Shown: in pieces, positions 24,422-31,912 of the stretch
Position numbering within the stretch: position 1 is the stretch's first letter
How the letters are laid out: each line of letters starts with the position of its first letter
Assembly (NCBI GenBank): GCA_038736825.1
Contig: JAVYME010000003.1
Location: 23,763-55,762, forward strand
Length of the DNA stretch: 32,000 nt
Direction of reading: 5' to 3'
Source: Candidatus Iainarchaeum sp.
GTDB lineage: Archaea > Iainarchaeota > Iainarchaeia > Iainarchaeales > DTGL01
Notes under the pieces: model-generated
Database searches by the model: none
The model's input: only the letters and a program-made list of their open reading frames with translations
What the model was told of the DNA's origin: nothing
Program-made: the position numbers and the translations under genes

Positions 24422-25150
24422 ATGATTGCTGGAGGAGCGCCAAAAACAAGCGCTTACGATCGTGTTTCCACAATGTTTTCGCCTAAAGGGCGGCTTTACC
24501 AGGTGGAGTACGCGGCAAAAATAGTTGAACAGGGAACCCTTGGAGTGGGCATAATCTATGACACTGGGGTTTTGTTTGCAGCGGAAAAAAACATAACTTC
24601 GCCGCTCCTTTTGCCTGAATCAATAGAAAAACTGTTCAAAATAGATGACCACATAGGCGCCATAAGCGCAGGGCTTGTTGGCGATGCTCGCAGGCTTATT
24701 AAAATTGCAAGAGAGCGCGCTCAAGAAAACCAAATGTATTATGAAGAAAAAATAGAAGTTGAAACATTAGTCAAGGAGTTGAGCGCAATAAAACAGTATT
24801 TCACGCAATATGCTGGAATGAGGCCTTTCGGGGTAAGCTTTATTATTGGCGGATATGATGGAATCAATGAAAAAAAATTGTTTGAAACAGAGCCAAGTGG
24901 CGCGCTTGCCCAATACAAGGCCACCGCCATAGGAAAAAACAAGGCAAAAGCAATGGAGGTCCTTGAAAAAGGCTACAATGAAAAAATGTCGCTTGAGCAG
25001 GCTGCAAAGCTTGCTTTTGAGGCTTTAAAGCAGTCCAGAGAGAAAAAAGAACCGATTTCGCTCAACAGCCTTGATTTTGCATTAATAGAGGATGGGAAGG
25101 AATTTGAAAGGCTTTCCCAGAAAAAATTGAAGTCTCTTTTAGGGAAATAA
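24422..25150 (+). CDS. psmA: Proteasome subunit alpha
   Basis: [20 protein letters not shown] is the alpha-subunit signature, slightly divergent from [30 protein letters not shown] is also present. The ATG start is preferred over the track's TTG at 24407. Confidence 0.93.
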   Translation: [242 protein letters not shown]

Positions 25151-25165
25151 AAGGCTGGCTTGAAA

Positions 25166-25876
25166 ATGGTAAAGCTTGAAGAAGCGGTAATAGCCCGCTT
25201 TGTGCATGAAGGGCACAAGTTCGAAGTGTTGGTTGACCCTGACCTGGCAATGGATGTGAAAAAAGGAAAGGCAGTCAACTCCAACGATCTCTTGGCAATA
25301 GACAGGGTTTTTAAGGACGCTGGCAAGGGCGAAGACCAATCTGAAGCCCTGACTTTAAAGGTTTTTGGAACAGTTGATGCTGGCGAAGTTGCAAAAAAAA
25401 TAATTTTAAAGGGCTCAGTGCAGCTCACCACAGAACAGCGCAGGGAATTGCGCGAAAAAAGAAGAAGGGAAATAATCCAAATAATTGCCACAAATGCAAT
25501 CAACCCGCAAACCAATGCCCCGCACCCGCCGCAAAGAATAGAGCTTGCATTGAACGAGCTAAACCTGCACATAGACGAATTCAAGCCAGCTGAAGAACAA
25601 GTGGAAGGAATCCTCAAAGAGTTAAAGAAAAAACTGCCAATCTCCTTTGAGAAAATGCAAGTGGCAGTAAAAATTCCAGCAGCATATGCTGGCAGGACAG
25701 CCAGCGAACTCCACCACTTTGAAGTCAAAAAAGAAGAATGGCTTAATGATGGCTCGCTAATAATGCTTGTTGAAATTCCAGCAGGCCTTAAAAACGACCT
25801 TTTCAACAAGGCAAACAAGGCAACACACGGTGAAGCCGAAATAAGGGTTTTAGACCAAAAGGAGAGGATTGCTTGA
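25166..25876 (+). CDS. sdo1: SBDS/Sdo1-family ribosome maturation protein
   Basis: ARFVHEGHKFEVLVDPDLAMDVKKG, IDRVFKDAGKGE, ILKGSVQLTTEQRRE and INPQTNAPHPPQRIE. Confidence 0.9.
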   Translation: MVKLEEAVIARFVHEGHKFEVLVDPDLAMDVKKGKAVNSNDLLAIDRVFKDAGKGEDQSEALTLKVFGTVDAGEVAKKIILKGSVQLTTEQRRELREKRRREIIQIIATNAINPQTNAPHPPQRIELALNELNLHIDEFKPAEEQVEGILKELKKKLPISFEKMQVAVKIPAAYAGRTASELHHFEVKKEEWLNDGSLIMLVEIPAGLKNDLFNKANKATHGEAEIRVLDQKERIA

Positions 25877-26505
25877 CTGAAAGAAAAATAGTTGTTCCAG
25901 GCGAGCTTTTGACAGACCAGAGAAAAAAACTCGGAGAGCATGTTTTTGTTGAAGAAGGCAAGGCTTACTCTGATTCTCTTGGTTTGGCAGAGCAAGACAC
26001 AGAATACGTTAGAGTCATACCATTGCAGGGCAAGTACATGCCACAAGCAGAAGACCTCATAGTGGGCATAATTGCACGCGAAGAATTTTCCGGCTATGTG
26101 GTGGACATCAATTCCTTTTATTATTCGTTTGTGCGCAAGGACAACCTGAGAAAGCCCTTGGAAAAAGGAGCAGTGATTTCCGCAAAAATAGCCAGTGTCA
26201 ACGAAATCAATGAAGCAGAACTGGACCAAATCCGCGTTTTTTATGGCGGCGAAGTACTCGATGTTTCACCAGTAAAAGTCCCGCGAATAATTGGAAAAAA
26301 AGGCAGCATGCTTGAAGTCTTGAAAAACGGAACAGGGTGCTCCATAATGGCTGGAAGAAACGGGCGGGTTTGGATCAAAGACGGCAACATAGAGTTGCTC
26401 AAAAAAGCAATAAAAAAAATAGAGGCTGAATCGCACTTGAGCAACCTCACCGCCAGAATAACCGAATTCCTTGAAAAGGAAAAACAGGCTTTAAAGACAA
26501 AATGA
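25873..26505 (+). CDS. rrp4: Exosome complex RNA-binding subunit Rrp4 (S1 + KH)
   Basis: KIVVPGELL, YMPQAEDLIVGIIAREEFSGYVVDI (S1) and VPRIIGKKGSMLEVLKNGTGCSIMAGRNGRVWI (KH). The TTG start overlaps the SBDS stop, and GGAGAGG lies 5 nt upstream. Confidence 0.9.
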   Translation: MTERKIVVPGELLTDQRKKLGEHVFVEEGKAYSDSLGLAEQDTEYVRVIPLQGKYMPQAEDLIVGIIAREEFSGYVVDINSFYYSFVRKDNLRKPLEKGAVISAKIASVNEINEAELDQIRVFYGGEVLDVSPVKVPRIIGKKGSMLEVLKNGTGCSIMAGRNGRVWIKDGNIELLKKAIKKIEAESHLSNLTARITEFLEKEKQALKTK

Positions 26506-26525
26506 TGCTTGATGGAGGAATTATA

Positions 26526-27323
26526 ATGACTGAACAAGAAATGGTTTATGTCAACAGCGAAGGACTCAGGCTTGACGGCAGAAAAGTTGACGAACTCAGA
26601 GAAATAAAAATAGTGCCCTCTGTTTTAAGCCGAGCTGAAGGCTCTTGTTACATGGAATGGGGGCAAAACAAGGTTTTAGTCGGCGTCTACGGGCCAAGGG
26701 AAGCACTACCGCAACACATACAAGATCCAACAAAAGCACTGGTTTCCTTCTCATACAGAATGGCAACCTTTTCAGTTCCAGAAAGAAAAAACCCAAAGCC
26801 AGGCCGCAGAGAAATAGAAATTTCAAAGGTTTGCGGTGAAGCACTTGAAGCAGCAATTTTCCTGGAAAGATTCCCCAACACAACAATAGACATTTACACT
26901 CACGTTTTTGACAGCAATGCTGGCACCAGAGTTACAGCCCTTGCAGCAGCTGCAGTGGCGCTTGCAGACGCAGGCATTCCAATGAAAGACTTGGTTTCAC
27001 CTTGTGCGGTTGGAAGAGCCGGAGGACACATAGTTTTAGACCTCAACAAGTATGAAGAAGACGCGCCAGACGCGGTTGACATGCCAATGGCCATAATGCC
27101 AAGAAAGAAGGAAGTAGTATTATTGCAAATGGATGGCTTGATAGGCAAAGAACAATGGTTTGAGGCTTTTCGCTTGGGATTAAAGGGTTGCATGGCTGTT
27201 TACGAAAAGCAAAAAGAAGCATTGAAAAAAAAGTACATTGAAATAGAAAACCAGGCAATGCAGGAAATAGAAAAAGCCGGAAATGCAATGGATAAAGCGG
27301 CAATGGAGGGCGAACCGCAATGA
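26526..27323 (+). CDS. rrp41: Exosome complex exonuclease Rrp41 (RNase PH fold)
   Basis: GLRLDGRKVDELREIKI and AEGSCYMEWGQNKVLVGVYGPRE. ATG 26526 is preferred because GGAGG (26514-26518) lies 7 nt upstream. ATG 26502, overlapping the rrp4 stop, is an alternative. Confidence 0.92.
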   Translation: MTEQEMVYVNSEGLRLDGRKVDELREIKIVPSVLSRAEGSCYMEWGQNKVLVGVYGPREALPQHIQDPTKALVSFSYRMATFSVPERKNPKPGRREIEISKVCGEALEAAIFLERFPNTTIDIYTHVFDSNAGTRVTALAAAAVALADAGIPMKDLVSPCAVGRAGGHIVLDLNKYEEDAPDAVDMPMAIMPRKKEVVLLQMDGLIGKEQWFEAFRLGLKGCMAVYEKQKEALKKKYIEIENQAMQEIEKAGNAMDKAAMEGEPQ

Positions 27324-28105
27324 GAGAAGAAATAATTTGGGAGCTTCGCTCTGACAAAGTAAAAGAGCTTGCAAAAAAAGGCGAAAGAGTTGATGGAAGG
27401 AAACCAAGCGATTACAGGGAAATTTCAATCCAGACAAACATAAGCCAGAACGCGCATGGCTCTTGCAGGGTAAAAATTGGAGAGACAGATGTCATAACAG
27501 GCGTAAAACTGGATGTTGCTGCACCCTATCCGGACACTCCAGAAGAAGGCTCAATAAGCGTTGGAGTTGAATTAATGCCAATGGCTTCACCGGTTTTCGA
27601 GTTAGGCCCTCCAAGAGAGGATGCCACAGAGCTTGCAAGGGTTGCAGACAGAGGCATTAGAGAATCCAAAGCAATTGATTTCAAGGATTTTTGCATTGTT
27701 CCAGGAGAAAAAGCATGGTTTGCCTTCATTGACTGCTATGTAGCCAATGATGACGGCAATCTTTTTGATGCATGCGCTCTGTCCGCAATCGGCGCGCTTT
27801 TAAACACAAAAATTCCAAAATACGAGGATGAAAAAATAGTCAAAGACGAATTTGTAGGCGAACTAAAAGTGAGAAAAATGCCAATGCTTTGCACTATTGC
27901 AAAAATTTCAGGAAGGCTTTTCTCTGATCCAGTTCTTGCAGAAGAAAAAGCAATGGATGCAAGGCTTTCCATTTGCACTGTCGAAGACGGCAGCCTTAGC
28001 GCCATCCAAAAAGGCGAGGCAGGCGGCTTCACAGAAAAAGAAATAGATGAATGCATAGACCTAGCAATTGAAAACGGCAAAATGCTAAGGTCAAAATTTA
28101 AGTGA
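27320..28105 (+). CDS. rrp42: Exosome complex subunit Rrp42 (RNase PH-like, inactive partner)
   Basis: ERVDGRKPSDYREISI and AHGSCRVKIGETDVITGVKLDV. The ATG overlaps the rrp41 stop (ATGA), and GGAGG lies 10 nt upstream. Confidence 0.92.
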   Translation: MREEIIWELRSDKVKELAKKGERVDGRKPSDYREISIQTNISQNAHGSCRVKIGETDVITGVKLDVAAPYPDTPEEGSISVGVELMPMASPVFELGPPREDATELARVADRGIRESKAIDFKDFCIVPGEKAWFAFIDCYVANDDGNLFDACALSAIGALLNTKIPKYEDEKIVKDEFVGELKVRKMPMLCTIAKISGRLFSDPVLAEEKAMDARLSICTVEDGSLSAIQKGEAGGFTEKEIDECIDLAIENGKMLRSKFK

Positions 28106-28113
28106 GGGAAAAC

Positions 28114-28623
28114 ATGCACAAGACAAAAAAGGTTAAATCAGCTGGCAGGTTTGGGTCAAGATACGGGCGAGGCATAAGGGACAGAGTTGTAACAGTGGAG
28201 GAAAAACAAAGAAAAAAGCACGAGTGCCCCGCTTGTGGCTTCAATAGAGTAAAACGAGTCTCCACAGGGCTTTTCAAGTGCAACAAGTGCAGGGCTGTGT
28301 TCACTGGCGGCGCCTATTATCCAAACACAATGGGCGGCTCAATAGTGAAAAAAATGGTGGCTCAAAAGAAATTCATGCCGCTAGTAAAAGAACTCATAGA
28401 AGCCAAAGAAGAGTCCTCCATGGGCCTCCAAGAAAAAAAGAAAAGAAAAAAGGCTTCCAAAGAGGAAAAAGGAGAAAAAAACAAAAAAGAAAAAAGCAGT
28501 GAAAGCGAGAAAAAAGAAGCCATGGCAGTCCAAAAGGCATCTGAAGAAATAGTCAAAGAAAAACAAGAAGAGGCAGACAATTTGGAAGAAGCCTTCAAGG
28601 AAGCCGAAACGGAGGGCGAATGA
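28114..28623 (+). CDS. rpl37ae: 50S ribosomal protein L37Ae (eL43) with a long K/E-rich C-terminal extension
   Basis: KSAGRFGSRYGRGIR and the zinc ribbon CPACG...CNKC. GAGGG lies 5 nt upstream of ATG 28114. Residues ~83-169 are K/E/S low complexity. Confidence 0.9.
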   Translation: MHKTKKVKSAGRFGSRYGRGIRDRVVTVEEKQRKKHECPACGFNRVKRVSTGLFKCNKCRAVFTGGAYYPNTMGGSIVKKMVAQKKFMPLVKELIEAKEESSMGLQEKKKRKKASKEEKGEKNKKEKSSESEKKEAMAVQKASEEIVKEKQEEADNLEEAFKEAETEGE

Positions 28624-28624
28624 A

Positions 28625-28756
28625 ATGTACAAGTGTGTTCGTTGCGGAAAGGAATTTGAAGAACTGCCAAAAGGCCTTATAAGATGCCCTAACTGTGCTT
28701 ACAGAATCCTTGTAAAGACAAGGCCGGTTGTTGCAAAAACTGTGCAGGCAAGATAA
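28625..28756 (+). CDS. rpoP: DNA-directed RNA polymerase subunit P (Rpo12/RpoP), 43 aa; absent from the supplied ORF track
   Basis: Hand translation gives MYKCVRCGKEFEELPKGLIRCPNCAYRILVKTRPVVAKTVQAR, stop TAA at 28754-28756. It has a CxxC...CxxC zinc ribbon. GGAGG (28611-28615) lies 9 nt upstream. It is in the canonical position after rpl37ae. Confidence 0.8.
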   Translation: MYKCVRCGKEFEELPKGLIRCPNCAYRILVKTRPVVAKTVQAR

Positions 28757-29104
28757 ATGAACAGAGCAGAACGCAGTACAGCTGTGGCTGAAAACCATTT
28801 GAAAAAAAACAAAAACAGCGAGAACACTAGCAATCAAACAATTGAACGCGCTCAAGCCAAAAACGAGTGCTCTTTCAAGGCAGTTCTTTTGTTTGACAAT
28901 CCAAGCCATGCCAGAACAGTGATTAAAGCCATAAAACCAGACTTGTCCAGGGCTTTTAAGAGATCCAAATCCAAAATAGCGCTTAAAGGCAAAAAGCTTT
29001 CAATAAGCATAAAAGCAAAAGACCTTACTGCTTTAAGGGCTTCATTCAATTCAATAATGAAAAGCATAGTGGTTTCGGACAACATATTAAAGGCTTTCGG
29101 CTGA
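28757..29104 (+). CDS. pcc1: KEOPS complex subunit Pcc1 (CTAG/Pcc1 family) with an N-terminal extension
   Basis: FKAVLLFDNPSHARTVIKAIKPD...KLSISIKAKDLTALRASFNSIMKSIVV carries the hallmark A-x-D-x-x-A-LRAS-x-NS motif. The ATG directly follows the rpoP stop (TAAATG). Confidence 0.75.
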   Translation: MNRAERSTAVAENHLKKNKNSENTSNQTIERAQAKNECSFKAVLLFDNPSHARTVIKAIKPDLSRAFKRSKSKIALKGKKLSISIKAKDLTALRASFNSIMKSIVVSDNILKAFG

Positions 29105-29134
29105 AACTTTTTAGGCATTCAGGAGGTTTTTTTA

Positions 29135-29530
29135 ATGGCAGAATTAGACCAATCAAAAGTTAACGAGTTTAGGGCTGGAAGGCAACAGTTGCTTAATGTA
29201 AGTGCGCAAAAGCAGCAATTCCAATTGCAGGCCAGCGCAGTCCAGAGTGCGCTTAACGAAATAAGGGAAACAAAGCCAAAAACTGTCTTTAAAGCAGTTG
29301 GCAATATTTTGATAGAAAAGGATGCAAAAACAGTTGAAAAAGAATTACTGGAAGCAAAGGAAACCCTGGATTTAAGGATTGACACGCTTCAAAAACAAGA
29401 GGACTCTCTTGTAAACAGGCTCAATAAAATAAAGGCTTCAATTGAGGAAGGCGCAGGCGAAAGCAGTGTCAGCGTTCCTGAACCAGAGGTAAAGGAAGCA
29501 AAAGGGAAAAAGAAAACCAGCAAAAAATAA
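29135..29530 (+). CDS. pfdB: Prefoldin subunit beta
   Basis: Coiled coil, beta-hairpin, coiled coil layout: QQLLNVSAQKQQFQLQ...TVFKAVGNILIEKDAKTVEKEL...LQKQEDSLVNRLNKIK. GGAGG lies 8 nt upstream. Confidence 0.88.
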   Translation: MAELDQSKVNEFRAGRQQLLNVSAQKQQFQLQASAVQSALNEIRETKPKTVFKAVGNILIEKDAKTVEKELLEAKETLDLRIDTLQKQEDSLVNRLNKIKASIEEGAGESSVSVPEPEVKEAKGKKKTSKK

Positions 29531-29566
29531 ACGCTTGAATTGAAAAAAACTCTTGAAAGGCCCAAA

Positions 29567-30568
29567 ATGAAAAGCCCTTTTTCCCTTAAAGGCAAAAAAA
29601 TCCTTGTTGTCACCCACAAGGGCGCTGATGTTGATGCCATTGCCTCCAGTGGAATTCTCTTGCTGGCTCTCAGGAAAAAAAATTTTGTGCAGATAGGCGT
29701 TCCAGAGCACATAAGCAAGCCTGCTGAAAAACTGGCTGAAAGAATGGAAATTCCTTTCACTCACGAGCCTGACTTTAGTTTTTTTGACACTCTTTTTGTT
29801 GCAGACCTTAACTCCAACCACATGCTTGGCTGTCTTGCAGAAAAAGCAAGGGAATTCAAGGGAAAAGTTTTTCAGTTTGACCATCATTCCACTGCCAGAG
29901 ATCCTATAAGGGCAGATTTTCGTTTTTGCAATCCAGAGGCTGCCTCTACCACTGAAGTTTTATGGATGACTCTCAAACGCTATAAAAAACCAATAAATGA
30001 AAAAATTGCAATTCTTGCCGCTTGCGGCTTGTTAACGGATTCTGCGCATTTTTCTTTTGCTGGCAGAAATTCGTTCAGGGTAATGTTTGAAGCCATGCAA
30101 CACGTGAGAATGCCATATTACGAGCTCTTGGAGTTTTTTTCTGTAGAACGCGATTTCAGTGAAAGGATTGCGCGCCTTAAGGCTGCCCACAGGAGCAGGA
30201 TTTATAGGATTGGAAAAAGCATTGTTGTTACAAGCGAAGTCGGGTCTTTTGAAGCCCAGGCAGCCTCTGCTTTAGTGCAAATTGGGGCAGACGTGGCGTT
30301 TGTTGCAACTCAAGAGGATTCCTCTTTAAGGGTTTCTGCAAGGGCAAAAACTGCTTTTGCCGAAGAGTTTGGCATTGATCTTGCAAGAGATGTTTTTCAA
30401 AAACTGCAAGTTTTTTTTGAAGGCGAAGGAGGAGGGCATGCCACTGCGGCTTCTTTTACTGCAAAAACCGATTCCTCTGAAAGTCTTTTAGAAAAATGCG
30501 TTTCCCTTTTGCTTGAAAAAATGAAAGAGCAAAAGAAAAAAGGCATTGAGTTCAAGGAATACAAGTAA
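29567..30568 (+). CDS. DHH/DHHA1-family phosphoesterase (NrnA-like)
   Basis: DHH motifs I-IV are HKGADVDAIAS, LFVADLNS, FQFDHHS and GLLTDSAHF. The DHHA1 motif is GGGHATAASF. ATG 29567 is preferred over the track's TTG 29540, so the start is uncertain. Confidence 0.85.
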   Translation: MKSPFSLKGKKILVVTHKGADVDAIASSGILLLALRKKNFVQIGVPEHISKPAEKLAERMEIPFTHEPDFSFFDTLFVADLNSNHMLGCLAEKAREFKGKVFQFDHHSTARDPIRADFRFCNPEAASTTEVLWMTLKRYKKPINEKIAILAACGLLTDSAHFSFAGRNSFRVMFEAMQHVRMPYYELLEFFSVERDFSERIARLKAAHRSRIYRIGKSIVVTSEVGSFEAQAASALVQIGADVAFVATQEDSSLRVSARAKTAFAEEFGIDLARDVFQKLQVFFEGEGGGHATAASFTAKTDSSESLLEKCVSLLLEKMKEQKKKGIEFKEYK

Positions 30569-30574
30569 TCTTTT

Positions 30575-31099
30575 TCAAGTTGCAGGCTGGCTAGTGCTTG
30601 CTTGTTCCTGTTGAACTGTTTTTTTTGGCAAATATTTTGCTATTGCCTGACGGCGTTCTTCCAAATCGGCTTTTTGTGCACTAAGAACTGAAATGGTGGC
30701 ATCTATGCTTTTTATTACCGTATTCCAATTGTCAATTTTGCCTTCTTGCAATGCAATCTTTCCAAACGCTTTCCCTATTTTTCTATTCTGTCGGGCAATT
30801 TTTCTCATTTTCGCCCACGCCTTGACTCTTTTTATCCAATGAATTGATGGAAACCTGCTTGTATTGATTTCAACAACAAGGCGTTCCCTTTCCTCTTTCA
30901 GTTTAGTCAAGTCCTGGGTTAAAGAGGCAATTTTATTCCTTAAGTCCGCAATTCTTTTTTCAGCACTGGTTTTTCTTGTTGTTGGCTTTGTTTTTCTTTG
31001 TGTCTCTTTTGCCGTTCTTTTATCCAAAAAGCCTATTCTTTGCTGCATCAGCCTGTCAGTTCTTGCAAAACTCCGGTTAATCTTCCTCATGCTTGGCAT
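30575..31099 (-). CDS. Hypothetical basic coiled-coil protein (174 aa)
   Basis: ATG with GGTGG 4 nt upstream. It is K/R-rich with heptad-like stretches (RIADLRNKIASLTQDLTKLKEERERL; ISVLSAQKADLEERRQAI). I recognise no family. Confidence 0.5.
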   Translation of the reverse strand: MPSMRKINRSFARTDRLMQQRIGFLDKRTAKETQRKTKPTTRKTSAEKRIADLRNKIASLTQDLTKLKEERERLVVEINTSRFPSIHWIKRVKAWAKMRKIARQNRKIGKAFGKIALQEGKIDNWNTVIKSIDATISVLSAQKADLEERRQAIAKYLPKKTVQQEQASTSQPAT

Positions 31100-31154
31100 T
31101 TTTCCACCATTAATTTTTTACAATGAACTGAATGATTTTAAGTGCTTTAAGTAT

Positions 31155-31853
31155 TTAAACATTCCTTTTAAGCCTTGTTTGACCTGAAACAATTTTTTCA
31201 AGTTCCCTTATCTCTTTGAGCTCATAATCAGCCTTTATTCCCTCACTGCATTCAAAGATCTGCCCATATTTTGCCAGGGCAGTTTTCATTCCAAGCCTTT
31301 GGGCTCCAAGAATGTCTCTTTTTGGGTTGTCTCCAACAAAAAGTATCTGGCTTGGCTTTAACTTGAGTTTTCTCAAGGCTTTCTTGAAAGGCATTTCGTG
31401 GGGTTTCATTTCTGCCTTGCCCTCTCTTGCAATGACTACATCAAAAAAATCCGCAAGGTTTAATTCAGCCAGCCTCAGCCAAGCCTGTTTTGCTGGAGCA
31501 TCACTGACAATGCCGAGTTTCAATCCTTTCTCCCTCAGCCTTATAAGTGTTTCTGTCGTGTGAGGGTATGTTGCAAGGCTTCCCAGTTTAACCCTGCGAT
31601 ATGCTGCAATCCCGCTTGCCAAAATTTTGTAGTCGATTTTTCCATTAATGCTTTTAATAAACTTGTCAAAGATTTTCTGGTTTTCCATTCCCTCTTCTTC
31701 ATAAAGACGGAAAAGCATTTCAATTCCCTGCTTTTCCTCTATTTTCAAGCCGGCGTCCACCATTGCCCTAACAGCTTCCTGAGAGCAAAGCCTTTTCATT
31801 TTCCAAAAATCAACAAGCGTGTTATCCAAATCAAACAATACTGCCTTCAGCAT
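31155..31853 (-). CDS. HAD-superfamily hydrolase, subfamily IA
   Basis: Motif I LFDLDNTLVDF, motif II GIVSDAP, and motifs III/IV K...VGDNPKRDILGAQRLG. ATG 31853 was chosen because the A/T box is centred ~25 nt upstream. Confidence 0.85.
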   Translation of the reverse strand: MLKAVLFDLDNTLVDFWKMKRLCSQEAVRAMVDAGLKIEEKQGIEMLFRLYEEEGMENQKIFDKFIKSINGKIDYKILASGIAAYRRVKLGSLATYPHTTETLIRLREKGLKLGIVSDAPAKQAWLRLAELNLADFFDVVIAREGKAEMKPHEMPFKKALRKLKLKPSQILFVGDNPKRDILGAQRLGMKTALAKYGQIFECSEGIKADYELKEIRELEKIVSGQTRLKRNV

Positions 31854-31870
31854 AGAAAAACTTGCGTGCA

Positions 31871-31884
31871 ATATTTTTATTAAT
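31871..31884. promoter_or_regulatory. Shared A/T-rich (TATA) box between the divergent HAD gene and the terminal zinc-ribbon ORF
   Basis: ATATTTTTATTAAT is centred ~25 nt from ATG 31853 (minus strand) and ~35 nt from ATG 31913 (plus strand). Confidence 0.4.
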
Positions 31885-31912
31885 GCTTTGAGCCTTCATT
31901 CCAAGGATTGCC

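Noticed and set aside
24973-26229. A 418-aa ORF on the minus strand, one of the longest in the track.
   Set aside because: It is exactly antisense to the strongly conserved psmA 3' end, SBDS and rrp4 genes. Its translation is S/F/L/C-rich low complexity with no recognisable motifs, promoter or RBS. It is a shadow ORF produced by purine-rich (GAA/AAA) sense codons.
28430-28530. A long purine-rich, A-run-laden tract that looks like a simple repeat or ncRNA.
   Set aside because: It is in frame within rpl37ae and encodes the K/E tail. I treat it as coding low complexity and flag it in the findings for read-level verification.
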